Below, one piece after another: positions 29,870 to 43,500 of a stretch of 64,000 nt of DNA; within the stretch, counting starts at the first letter, position 1, and every line of letters begins with the position of its first letter. The stretch is from Flaccisagitta enflata. Its lineage: Eukaryota. The notes beneath the pieces were generated by a model. It ran no database searches and was not told where the DNA came from. It worked only from the letters and a program-made list of their open reading frames with translations. The stretch is from contig OZ231126.1 in assembly GCA_965153355.1 (NCBI GenBank), forward strand, positions 15,252,001 through 15,316,000. Reading direction: 5' to 3'. Position numbers and translations under genes: made by a program.

Positions 29870-31849
29870 TATTGTTGCTCTGATGAAGATGAACCACTTC
29901 ACCTGCAGACTGAAAGTTTATTCATCAGTTACTCAAAGAGCAGCAACATGCTAATGAACTCATCAGTTCACATTGTCTACTTTTTTATGATTCCTTCAGC
30001 CACTTGCTGTTCCTGCTATGTTGACACTCATTTGCATATTGTAGCACACAGTTAAGGCAATTTCATGCTATTAATTACCCATTTCTATTTGACAACAGCA
30101 TCTCCTGATATTACAAAGCTATCAAATAAACTATTCCGAGTCATGGATAAAATGTTCTTAGAAAGAACATCAGGCTCTATCCAATATGTGGTCATCTCAT
30201 CAAAGATTGCGCAGGGTTTGTCTGAGTTGCTGGTATCACCATCAGGAGGTGAGAACAAAGATGGTTTGAAAATGGATCAAGTCCAATTGGTGACATAGCT
30301 CAATCTTGGTGATTAATGATTGACTTTTAAAGTTAAGAAAAAACATGTCTTTAGATTAATCAAAGGTAAAGAGCGCTATCCTAATCTCTGGTTGGTCAAA
30401 CTGATTATATGAATTTGCATATTGCAACAGTTCAATTTTATTTTAAATATTTTATCGAACTTTGTGTTTTTCCTTGAAGTTGTCTTGCAATGGGATCAGG
30501 GACAGCAACAAAGTTTTTTTGCCTGAGCTACAATAGATACACAGTTTACTTTTAAGATTCTTTCAATCACAAAAAAATAACAGGCAAGGTTGTGCTCAAT
30601 GGTTTTTCTTTCTTCCTGATATTCAATTTCCTAAGGCAACAGAACTATGGTTTCATTTTCAGACCTTAAATGGAGGGATTAATGATCACTTTTTCATTAA
30701 AGTCTCTTTTCACTCTCTTCTCTCAATTTGCATATTGCTGCCAATCCGTGTTCCAACTCTGATTTTTGACTTTGAGGAAACCACTGCGAGGTTTCTTGAC
30801 AATTCATTTAAAAACTTCATTAGAATTTTTTGAGCTAAAACCAAAAACCATAAGTAGAATTTTTTGCAAGTATTTCATAATGAATTGGTATTTTTTTTTG
30901 CTGATGCTAAACCATAACTATGTATACAAGCAGTAAAACATTTGTGATTATCATTTTTTTTTTGTGGTTGACCAAAATTTTTAAATTCATAATTCTAGAA
31001 AACAAAGATGATTGAATAGTCTTGCAATTAAAAAAAATGATGCTTCCTCCATCACTTAAGGCTTGGCTTGGCTAAGCATTGTCAAGCTTTGGCTATGCTG
31101 AGCATGGCTTGGCTTAGCAAAGGTAATCTTGAATGGCTTCACTTCCGTTGATTAAACCTGGCTTAGCTCTGTTTGGCTTGGCTTTGCTTGACCCATCAAG
31201 ACAAAAGGTCACCTCCATCTCCATTTGTAATCCTCTTTTCCTCATCATGTCAACTGCTTTCCTCTTTTCTCCTTTTATCTCCCTCCCTTACTATTTCTTT
31301 CTTCCTCCTTCCTCTTCCTCTCTTCCTCCTTTTTCCTCTCCTAATCCTCTTCCAAACTCTGTGGTTTTCAAGTCATAACCTGGTTTCTTATTGTTCTTTT
31401 GTCACCCTCTTGCAAGACCTTGTTTTCATGGGAAATCGCTTGGTGCGCATTGTTACTGGCATGACTTCCCACTGAAAATAAATGATTTTGCATACTAATT
31501 AGTCAATTTTTTCTTGGCCAGACGTTAGATATCACACTGTACCTTAATAGGCGGGTGGAAGGATTACATTGAATAGATTCAAAACCTTCAGTGATTTGTA
31601 GGTTGAAACAAGGTCATTAGACCTAGGTCGCGTGCGTCGGCATTTTCAAAAAAGTCAGGCAAACAGACAGACAAACAATTTTTTTTAAAAAAGACATTTA
31701 AAATGGCCATTTACTCCACAAAGTTTCTTTGCAACCATTCAGACACATAAAAAACGCCCTAGAAAGCCAATAAAACAGTTTTGTGACAGACTGACGGACC
31801 GACCGACCAAAAAGTGGCTTCACGAGTCGCGTAGCACGCGACAAAAAAT

Positions 31850-32202
31850 TTGTAATGATAGATTGATAGTTCAAACACGATTCTTTCAGTTAAAATGTTT
31901 CCATGGACAAGGATGGAAAAAGTCTTTTCGCGCATTTTCAAGCTTTGTGAAGTAAGACTTGAAGACTCGAATGATAGCCTCAAGATTCTGATGGTGCTTC
32001 AGGTTCAGATGTTTCATCATCTGACTCGTGATTATGTTCCTCACTCTCGTCATTCAAATAGCATTTCGAATTTAGGAAAATTCAGCCAAAATCATTTCTT
32101 TGTCCTTAGCAATCGTTGAAACGGTAGTCCGGGGGAGATTGAAATGTATTGCAGCCTCTTTATGCCTTATGGTTTTCCCGCTGGCTAAAGAGTCTCTCTC
32201 AT

Positions 32203-32275
<73 letters not shown>

Positions 32276-32565
32276 CTCTTTCTGTGATCTCGAAGCATAT
32301 GGTGCATTGTTCTCATAACGGAGCACTCTACGCCCAATTATGGGGTCTTGGGTCTGGTGGGTCAGAGGTCGATAAATCGGGAAAAAGTGGTCATTAGGAC
32401 CAAAAATTATGGACGGTCAATAGGGTTTGGACGTCGAATCAGGTGACGCTGAATCGGAAGAAATTAACACTGCAAAAGCCTATGAAAATTCGGGACCTGA
32501 TGATATATGACGAAGAATCCGAAATGACGTTGAATAGGGTGACGAAAAGGCAGTAGCCCACTGTA
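31850..32565 (-). pseudogene. Degraded pogo/Tigger-like transposon fragment (CENP-B/psq-type HTH)
   Basis: Minus-strand KTIRHKEAAIHFNLPRTTVSTIAKDKEMILAEF followed by stops; interrupted by (GA)n; possible TA|cagtggg terminus at ~32565. Confidence 0.55.
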
Positions 32566-32757
32566 TTTGGCTAAAAAATCTCAATTCTGGCCCGAGATCC
32601 ATCATTTTGGCCCCTTAGACCTATGGCTTGGGTGCTTCACATAGCAAAAGTTGTGAATTTCTCTTCATCCCGCTTACATCATGTGGAATGATTAATTCTA
32701 TAACCCTTACCATTTTTCTTTTCCTCAAAATCATTCATCTTCCGTTTTGTAGCGAGC

Positions 32758-33378
32758 TTTTTGGGTAGCGGCCCCAAAGGGGACGAAGTCCTGTAGAACA
32801 CAGGGGGACTTTTGTTCGTCCATCCATCCATCCGTTCGTTAGTCCCCCCAGGCCCTCTCAGGCCTGAAATCTGCCCTCTCAGGCCTGAAATATGCCCTCT
32901 CAGGCCTGAAATCTGCTCTCTCAGGACTGAAATCTGCCCTCTCAGGCCTGAAATCTGCCCTCTCAAAACCTGAAATCTGCCCTCTCAGGCCTGAAATCTG
33001 CCCTCTCAGGCCTGAAACCTGTCCTCTCAGTCCTTAAATATGCCTTCTCAGATTTTAGGCCTTAGAGGGCAGGTTTCAGGTCTGACAGGGCAGATTTCAG
33101 GCCTGAGAGGGCAGATTTCAGGCCTGAGAGGGCAGATTTCAGGTTTGAGAGGGCAGATTTCAGGCCTGAGAGGGCAGATTTCAGTCCTGAGAGAGCAGAT
33201 TGAGAGGGCCTGGGGGACTAACAAACGGACGGACAGACAGACGAACGGATGAACAAAAGTCCCCCTGTGTTCTACAAGACTTTGTCCCCTTCGGGGCCGC
33301 TGCCCTGCTTCCTCTCACTCTGATGCAAAGCAGGGCATCGGGTATCGCTGACCGCATATTGCCCTTGGGCGACCTGTT
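32758..33378. mobile_element. Family A element with an internally palindromic 21-bp array
   Basis: aggcctgaaatctgccctctc repeats, then gagagggcagatttcaggcct repeats, between family A inverted ends. Confidence 0.8.
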
Positions 33379-35556
33379 GTATGACTTAATTTGCATAATG
33401 CAGTGGGATAAATTGTTGTGCTGATGTTCTTTGAACTGATTTTTATTAGTTCTTTTTTTCGTAAAATTGTTCATCAGCTTTCTTAGTGAGCTCTTACATA
33501 GTTTTTGCTATAATTTTGAAGTATATCCATACAAATATTATGATTTTCCAATACACTGCCTTATTGGTAACAAAACTATGAAAGGAATTTTTGATTCCCA
33601 TTGATTTCTATGGGTAACTCCAAGCCCCAAAGCCAGCCTCAAGGACCTACTCCAGCCTTGAGGCCCCATTTTCAGCCCCAAGACTCAAATACCAGCCTCT
33701 TATAACCACCTCAAGGCTAAAATACCAGCCTCAAGGCTCAAATACGAGCATGCTGACCCAAATTCCAGCCCTGAGGCCCCAATGCCAGCCTCTAGGCCCC
33801 AAATCCGGCCTTAAGGCTCAAATTAAGAGAGCATAGGTCAGCGGCCCCTTCGGGGCAGCTACCCCTCCAACCATTTCACACCAACACACTCACATAGGGG
33901 AAATGAGTACCACTGACCATCTAACGCTTTTGCGACTATTTACTTTTTTGGCGTTTTTGAGCTTTTTAAGCATACAGCTCCTGCCCAGATGACCCAGTGA
34001 CCTTCTCCAGCACTGCTCCTGCCCACCCACACGCCACTAGGGTAGCCGTGTATCTGGCCTTGTTTTTATTTTTTGGGCAATCTTTCATGTTAATCAATGA
34101 CATCCTGGTCAGAAGGCAGATAGACCAACGGACAAATAGATGGATGGACAAATTCCCCCTGTATTTCATAGGACGTTGTGCCCTTTAGGACCACTGCCCT
34201 ACTCCCCCTCGACATAAATCACAAAAAACTCAAGCAGGGCACGGGAACCACTCACCACTTACTGCCTTTGGGCAGCTATTTAACTTAATGTGTTTTCTAG
34301 CCAAAATCAAGCCACCCTTGGGGATGCTTTTTGAAAAAAATAAAAGATTGATTTTGCAAAAAGAATTTTGAAGGCTGGTTTGAATCATTTCTTGACAGCA
34401 TATTGTTAATACTGATGAAATAGTCATGCATTTGATAGAACTTGAGAAACTATCTTTGTTCCATCTCTCAATCAGTCAAAATTGTGAATTTTTTTGAACC
34501 CCTAGATAGCAACCTACCAAATGAAAGATATTTTCATCAGGATTAACAACAATATGCTGTCATAAAATAAGTTGAACCAACCTGCAAAACTCTTTATTCA
34601 AAGTCCAGCTAAAAACTTTTGATTTTCAACCTTTTTTTTTTTAAACCCTCAATCATTGTAGATAGCTTAAGATCATTGGAACAAGGCTTTACTGTCTTTA
34701 GATGAGGTAATGAAAAATTGTCGAAAGAAAAAGAAAACTTTGATTTGAAAGAAAACAAAAAACTGAAGTACAGGAGGACCCCGCCTCATCGGTTTTTTTC
34801 ATTTTCAAATTTCTTCCATAGACGTTTTATACAACTGACGCAATGATTACGGAATGCCTAGAATCTAGATCAAGTCTTAATCGACTTACCAATGAGATTT
34901 GGCTCTAATTGTGCAAATGGAAAATGAAGAATTCTTGGAAATAATGTTTCACTGTAATGCCCAATTTGAGCCCATTCTACTGTGTATGAAGCCAAACCGA
35001 CCTCTCAGTTGCAGCCCGAATCGCATGCAGGCCAACAAATTCATGATTCTCCTCACTGTCACTGAAAACGACAAAAAATGGACAGCAACTTGCGTCAACG
35101 ATTGTAATTCACAATTATCAATTGGTAACAATATTTCATTACATTTGTAAACATTCAATGTAACAACAGCGCCAGGCAGGGTGGTAAAAACAGAAAAAAG
35201 AAACGTCTGGAAAAATACCCGAAAACTGATCAACCATATCAAATATCATATAATGAGAGATAAGCTAAGACAGAAGTCAACGGCTAATCACCAGGATGCC
35301 TCAAGGCGGGGAAAATAAGCAGAAATTCGGGAGGAAGTATGAACCATGTGTAACTTATGTGACTATCAAAGGGCCAAAAAAAATTCCCATTTATCATAGC
35401 AACGTCTGCATGAACCTCAAAATAAACAAAAATCGATCATCACCCAACAAAGGCAATAATTACCGATTGGGTTGATAGCATGATTCAAATGTCAGGCCAA
35501 CGCGACTTTTTGACCCTTTTTGACCCATTATGGGAGGAACTCAAAAAAGGACCATA

Positions 35557-36570
35557 AAAATCTGAACAGTATCTGGGTCCGCGACGGAAGGGGTTAAAGA
35601 TCACCAATTCCATAAGATCGCTATGACCAAAAGATCGCTAACCCTGTAAGTTCACTAAAACTTTACATTTAGAGCCTCCATACAAAGTTTTATGCAAATC
35701 CGTTTAAAAATGGCAAAGTTATGCACGTTTTTCACTTTGAGGCTAGTAGGGTGGCAGGCTGGTTTGGATAAATAGTGTGCATATGTTGAGTTCTTCCATT
35801 TAGAGACTCCATACCAAGTTTCAACCAAATTGGTTGAAAAATGTCCAATTTATGCAAGTTTTTCACTTTTAGACCAGTAAGCTGGTTGGGTGGTAGGTCG
35901 GTTTGGCCAGTTAGCATGCTCAAACATAAATAAATCACATACATGTGTTGAGTCCTTCCATTTGGAGACTCCATACCAAATTTCAACCAAATTGGTTGAA
36001 AAACGCCAAAGATATGCACATTTTTCACTTTTGGGCTGGTAGGCTGGTTGGGTGGTAGGCTGGTTTGACAGGATAAATAGTGTGTTGAGTTCTTCTAGTT
36101 AGAGACTCCATACCAAGTTTCAACCAAATTAGTTGAAAAATGACAAAGCTATGCAAGTTTTTCACTTTTGGCCCTGTTGGCTGGTTGGGTGGTAGGTCGG
36201 TTTGGCCGGTTAGCATGCTCAAATGCATATAAATCACATACATATGTTGAGTCCTTCCATTTAGAGACTCCATTCCAAATTTCAACCAAATTGGTTAAAA
36301 AATGCCAAAGTTATGCAAGTTTTTCACTTTTAGGCCGGTAGGCTGGTTGGGCCGGTTGGGTTAGTCGGATGACAAAAATCGGATAGGATGTAAAGCGCCT
36401 TACCCTAGTACAACTTCCCACCAAATATGAACCAAATCGGTCAAAGCAAAAAAAGTTATCCATTTTTTAAAATCCGTAACAACGACAACGATGACAACAA
36501 TGACGACGACGACACCCACCCGCCTTGAATTATAGTCCGCGTCGGAATGATATTCCGTCGCGGACAAAAA
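35557..36570 (-). mobile_element. Helentron-associated (DINE-1/HINE-like) element, copy 1
   Basis: Sub-terminal IR gtccgcgacgga/tccgtcgcggac, adjacent hairpin gtccgcgtcggaatgatattccgtcgcggac, (GAC)n microsatellite, internal tandem repeats, A/T-run flanks; close copy at 43952-45000. Confidence 0.75.
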
Positions 36571-36616
36571 GAGAAATTGATAAACGTGTAGGATTTGATC
36601 AAAACTCCGCAGAGAG

Positions 36617-39600
36617 TCACTGAGATTTCATTTTTTTCTTGTCATTGCCTTGCAACTCTTCTTGCAAGAAATCCACGCAGTCTTGCCGTTTGACTCTTTT
36701 TAGAGATGCCAGCAATTTTTCCGAATTGGCATCCACACCAAATCTGGAGGGAGAAAAGAAAAGTCCAAGGCAAATCAGATTGGGAAACATTCAAGCCGGA
36801 ATAAGGTAAAGAAAAACAGACAGAAAGAAAGGCAGATAAAAAAAAGAAATGCAGGAAGGATAAAAAAGACAGGCAGGCAGAAAGAAAGACAGGCAGAAAG
36901 AAATAAAGACAGGCAGACAGAAAGAAAGAAAGAGGCAGAAAGAAAGAAATGGGCAGAGAGAGAGAAAGAGGCAGAGAGAAACACAGGCAGGCAGAAAGAA
37001 AGGAATGCAGACCTGTAGAAAGAAAGAAAGACAAGCAGTTGAAAAGAGTGACAGGCATAAAAAGAAAGACTGGCAGAAAGATAGGAAGAAAGACACAGAC
37101 GGACATAGAAAGAAGGGAGTTAGATTGCACGGAGGGCAAAATATAAGAGATGGCGTCAAAAGAAACGAAAAACAGAAGAAATAGCGAATCGAAGTGAAAA
37201 GCTAGGAATATGGGTGGCAACAAGAATGAAGAATGATGATGATATCGCCCTATGCGCGTAGATGATGCGGACACAGGCCCACAACCTTTACCTTTGCTTC
37301 CATCTTTGGAAAAGTTCGAAGGTTTGCCCGACGACGTCATCGGGTATCTTTTTCTCGATGGGCGTGATCTCTTCCACGTAATTGAGACCCAAAGCGAGGG
37401 CCATCTTCTTCCGGTCTTCGTGGATTCTCTCCGAAAGTTCGTACAAAAGCACGTCGTCGATTTCATCCTCTTCTCTTTCCTCGCGTTTACGTTTTACTGA
37501 AATAGGAGGGGGGGGGAGGGGAAGAACCAGATTCACCATACGCAAAAATGAACAGGTTGACACTTTGGGAATAAATCTAAAACGGACGTCCGGGAAAGTC
37601 GGTGCCTATGGCAATATGCTCATTTAATCAAGCTCCAAATTCTTGAGGAATTATACTGTATGTACAAAGATTTATGTGGAGATAGATAAGACAGTACTCC
37701 GACTAATGCTCTCATAGGCACTGATTTCCCATGAAATCTAAAGCGGCGTGCAATGCATGCAAATCTGCGGTTAATGTACAGTAGGAACTCGGTAAAAAAG
37801 GAACTCGGAATTGGTTATCCCCACAAAATGCCCCAACAGAATGACACGAGATGCGGAAATGAAGCCGAGATGTAAAAAAAAGGTTGGTGAAACCAAAGAA
37901 CCTCTCATTTTTTTCCGGCAATCTTTCCGTTTCAGATCAAAAGCTAGGAGGAAAACACGTGGAAAATTGGGTCTCTCCATAAATCCGATAACGATTTTAT
38001 CAATTGATTGCGATGATTGAATTGGATCCAATACGGCAAAAATTAGCAAATGTGAAACGGACAATCATTTACCATTTCGTCTGTCGTCGACTATCGCTTT
38101 GATAGTTTTCTCGACTTCCTTGGTCAATTTCTTCTTGTCTTCTTTGCCCTTCGACGGAGAATGCTCGTCCTCCGCACTGGAATCTGAATTATTTATTTAG
38201 GAGCAAAATTTCATCGTGCATGTGTATTGTACGTGCATTTGCCAGTAAATCGATAATGATCAACGGTGGTTGCAATCATTTGCCGCAATGAGCTAGTCAA
38301 CTCTTCAAAGAACCAACCTCTTGGAGATGAATTGCTGGATGCCGTCCCAGAATCATCCTCCGTCTCTTTCTTTTCAATATTTATGGAGCCGACCAACCGG
38401 ATGTTAACCGACCTATTGTTCTTCAGGTTGAAAGTCACGGTGCCTCTCTCGATTTTCTCCACAGTTCGGCGAACCTATAGCGCAATATTAAGTGGACAGA
38501 GAATGGAACAAAAATTGTATCAATCAAATTTAACTGAAGCGTAAATATCAACCATGACTAATTCAATGAGACTGTCATTTTAGGACGCTAAATCAATCTC
38601 AACTTGACGGCAAACCTCGAAATGCGACTTGATCTTCGTTTCAACGACCCACAACGACTCAGATTTGATGACATCTTCCGTAGGGGCGATAGTGTAAGAT
38701 TTGGACGGTCCCGGGTCAACCTCGATAGACACGTCATCGCCTTGTTTGACGGGCAGCGTGTGCGCAGAATCTAATCGGCGCAATCCATCCGATTTCAGAT
38801 CTGGATCGTATACACGCAGGTGCAGGTTACGTGATAATAGCCACACTTTAGTGTATCAAAATGGCCTCTAGGCTTCAGATCGTCTGTGCCGCGGTTTTGG
38901 GCACGGGGTGGGTGTGGTAGAACACGAAAATACCCTTGGGGGGCTTCCCAAAGTGGTCCTTTGAGTACTCCACCTCTTAAAAGCTTGCCAAAATGGCCCC
39001 AAAATAAGCTAAAGCTGGTGGTGACCTGTCAACTTCAAATTTTTTTTTGCCAGCCTGTTTTTGATGAATAAGCACTTTTTTTGGGCTCATTGGGGAGCAA
39101 AAACATGTAAGAGGGTAGTGGGGTGGGTGGGTGAGGGGGGTGCCCCATGGGGTGGGGGCAAGGGGGTCAAATTGGCCAAAATTCAGGTCCTGATGGAGGT
39201 GGTTGTAAAAAATGACGAAAATTCAAAACACCAATTTTTTTGGTCAAATTATGTTGTAACTTGATGGTTTTAGCCAAAAAACCAAATCCAAATCGGAATC
39301 TTGGTTGAAAAATGCCAAATTACAGTTGTGGTGGTTGTTGGTGATTTTGGGGTTTTGACCATGCAACTTTGAAAGCTCATATTTTTTACACGGTTGGGAG
39401 AAAATATTTTTGGCTGGTCTCATTCAAAAAAGCATAAAAAAATCTTTCAGAATCTCATAAATTTTGTCTAGTTTCCTTCAGAAATGGCGCTACAGTGATC
39501 TCTCAAAGTACAGTGAAAATTGTGTTTTTCAGGTGTTTGAACAATCTCATTTTGTTGAGCTATTTCTTCCAAGGAAATGGAGATAAAAATCGAAAGATCA

Positions 39601-40510
39601 AAATTTTGGTCAAATTATGTTGCAACTCAATGATAATAGCCAAAAAACCAGAAGTGAATTGGAATTTTGGTTGAAAATTGCTAAATTACAGTTGTGGTGG
39701 TTGTTGGTGATTTTGGGGTTTTAACCATTCAACCTTCAAAGCTCATATCTTTTACACAGTTGGGAGAAAATATTTTTGGCCGGTCTCATTCAAAAAAGCA
39801 TAAAAAACTTTTTTCAGAATCTCAGGAATTTTGTCCAGTTTCTTTCAGAAATGGCGCTACAGTGATCTCTCATAGTGCAGTGAAAATTGTGTTTTTCAGG
39901 TGTTTGAACAATCTCATTTCGTTGAGCTATTTCTTCGAAGGAAATGGAGATAAAAATCGAAAGATCAAAATTTTGGTCAAATTATATTGCAACTCAATGA
40001 TAATAGCCAAAAAACCAGAAGTGAATTGGAATTATGGTTGAAAATTGCTAAATTACAGTTGTGGTGGTTGTTGGTGATTTTGGGGTTTTAACCATTCAAC
40101 CTTCAAATCTCATATCTTTTACACAGTTGGGTGAAAATATTTTTGGCCGGTCTCATTCAAAAAGGCATAAAAAACTTTATCAGAATCTCAGGAATTTTGT
40201 CCAGTTTCTTTCAAAAATGGCGCTACAGTGATATCACAAAGTACACTTTTTCAGGTGTTCGACCGATACCACTTTGTCAAGCTATATCTTCCAAGGAAAC
40301 GGAGATAAAAATCGAAATATCAAATGTTTGGTCAAATCATGTTGTTGCTCAATGAAAATAGCCAAAAAACCAACGAAAACATGAATAAAAGAAACAACAA
40401 CATAACAACAACAACAAAAAAAGACAACAACAACAAGCACCACAACAAGCACAACAACAACAACCACAACCGCAAAAAACACAACAACAAGCACATCAAC
40501 AAGCAAAAAT

Positions 40511-40541
<31 letters not shown>

Positions 40542-40543
40542 CC

Positions 40544-40577
<34 letters not shown>

Positions 40578-43500
40578 CGTTTCAGCTATGAAATGCAGAT
40601 GAGCAGTGATTTGTAAAGTGTTGCTATTCTGATTCAGGGCGAGCACACTAGTGAAATCCATTTGTGTCAATTTACGCATCCAAATGAATTTTCAATCATG
40701 GTCGTTGGAACCGGGCCAGATCTCTGCATTCCTCTTTCCCAAGAAGGTCGACAACGACACCAAATCACAAATTGCATCACAAATTCTTGCGCTCAAACCA
40801 TCATCCATTGCCATAGTTACCCCAGCTTTGAATCGTGGATGACCATTGCTGCCAGAGATAACTTCAAAAAAGGAACTTCAAGATTTTGTCACAGAGCGCT
40901 CCATCCTGTTTTTTGAACGTTTTTGTCCAAATTATGGAAAATGGTTACCCATGAATGCTCCTTGGGATCACATACCGGAATTCCAACAGGACAAAGAGCT
41001 TGTTTATGCCATTCAGACTGTAAACGAACCAGCTGAACGAATGTGTTCAATTTTGAAACGTTTTAAGGTGCTATGTTTTTGAATCTGAACCAACTCTCAT
41101 GTCAGCGATTTTGAGCTTCCTTTCATTTGAATAAAGTTGATCAATTCCTTCAGGATTCTGGCCCTCAAAAGCCCAAAGCACAGGCCATGGAGGCCTCAAA
41201 TTAGCCTTTCCAGGCCTCATTTTAGCCCTCCAAGCCTCAGATCAGCCCTGTTGGCTAGAAATTAGCCTGCTCTATACCTAAAATCTACCCTCCAGACCTT
41301 CAATCAGCCCTCCAAGCATCAAATCAGCCCTCCAAACCTCAAATCTGCTCTCCAAGCCTTAGTTCTGCCCTTCAGCCCTCAAATATGCCTTCAGTGGCCT
41401 AATTCAGCCATCTGAAATATGCCCCATCAGGACGGATGGGAAACGGACGTCTAAAAATTCACCCCTGTGTTCTACAGGACATTGGCCTTTTGGGGCCGCT
41501 GCTCTGCTCTCACTCCACCTCTTCACTGGATCACTCCCAGCAGGGAATCGGGTACTGCTGACCATGTGCGATCCTTGGATGACTAGTTGTGTCTGTTTGA
41601 CCATTGAGGAGGGGAGAGTGGGGGTGAGGAATCCTCACTGAGGATGGGGGTTGGACACCCCTGCCCACTTGTTTGCAATACTATTGTGACCCCTTGTCAC
41701 CTGTCCTACCCTTTGTAAATCAGAAGAAAAAGCTTGACAAAGTGAGATTGTTTTAACACCTGAAAAAATGATTTCTACTTTAATTAGTAAGATCACTGTA
41801 GCGCCATTTCTAAAGGAAACTGGACAAAATTCATGAGCTTCTGAAAGCTTTTTTATGCTCTTCAGAATAAGACCCGTGAACAATGTATTCTCCTAACCAT
41901 GTGAAAAATATGAACCTACAAAGCTACATGGTTAAAACCTAAAAATCAATATCGACCACCACAGCTTTTATTTAGCATTTTTCAACCAAAATTCCAACTT
42001 ACCTTTGGTCTTTTGGCCATTATCATTGAGTTGCAACACAATTTGACAAAAAAATAAAATTTTGTTTTTGATCTCCATTTTTTGGAAGATAAAGCTCGAC
42101 AAAATGGGATCGGTCGAACACCTGAAAAAGTGTACTTTGTGATATCACTGTAGCGCCATTTTTGAAAGAAACTGGACAAAATTCCTTAGATTATGAAAAG
42201 TTTTTTATGCTTTTTTGAATGAGACCGGCCAAAAATATTTTCTCCCAACTGTGTAAAAGATATGAGCTTTCAAGGTTGAATGGTTAAAACCCCAAAATCA
42301 CCGACAACCACCACAACTGTAATTTAGCAATTTTCAACCAAAATTCTAATTCACTTCTGGTTTTTTGGCTATTATCATTGAGTTGCAACATAATTTGACC
42401 AAAATTTTGATCTTTCGATCATTATCTCCATTTCCTTGGAAGAAATAGCTCAACGAAAAGAGATTGTTCAAACACCTGAAAAACACAATTTTCACTGTAC
42501 TTTGAGAGATCAATGTAGCGCCATTTCTGAAGGAAACTAGACAAAATTTATGAGATTCTGAAAGATTTTTTTATGCTTTTTTGAATGAGACCAGCCAAAA
42601 ATATTTTCTCCTAACCGTGTAAAGATTATGAGCTTTCAAAGTTGAATGGTTAAAACCCCAAAATCACCAATAACCACCACAACTGTAATTTAGCAATTTT
42701 CAACCAAAATTCCAATTCACTTCTGGTTTTTTGGCTATTATCATTGAGTTGCAACATAATTTGACTAAAATTTTGATCTTTCGATTTTTTTCTCCATTTT
42801 CTTGGAAGAAATAGCTCAACGAAATGAGATTGTTCAAACACCTGAAAAACACAATTTTCACTGTACTTTGAGAGATCACTGTAGCGCCATTTCTGAAGGA
42901 AACTAGACAAAATTTATGAGATTCTGAAAGATTTTTTTATGCTTTTTTGAATGAGACCAGCCAAAAATATTTTCTCCCAACCGTGTAAAAAATATGAGCT
43001 TTCAAAGTTGCATGGTCAAAACCCCAAAATCACCAACAACCACCACAACTGTAATTTGGCATTTTTCAACCAAGATTCCGATTTGGATTTGGTTTTTTGG
43101 CTAAAACCATCAAGTTACAACATAATTTGACCAAAAAAATTGGTGTTTTGAATTTTCGTCATTTTTTACAACCACCTCCATCAGGACCTGAATTTTGGCC
43201 AATTTGACCCCCTTGCCCCCACCCCATGGGGCACCCCCCTCACCCACCCACCCCACTACCCTCTTACATGTTTTTGCTCCCCAATGAGCCCAAAAAAAGT
43301 GCTTATTCATCAAAAACAGGCTGGCAAAAAAAAATTTGAAGTTGACAGGTCACCACCAGCTTAAGCTTATTTTGGGGCCATTTTGGCAAGCTTTTAAGAG
43401 GTGGAGTACTCACAGGACCACTTTGGGAAGCCGCCCAAGGGTATTTTTGTGTTCTACCACACCCACCCCGTGCCCAAAACCGCGGCACAGACGATCTGAA

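Noticed and set aside
36642-37466. 274-aa hydrophobic ORF resembling a membrane protein
   Set aside because: It runs out of frame through the death-domain exons and a low-complexity intron.
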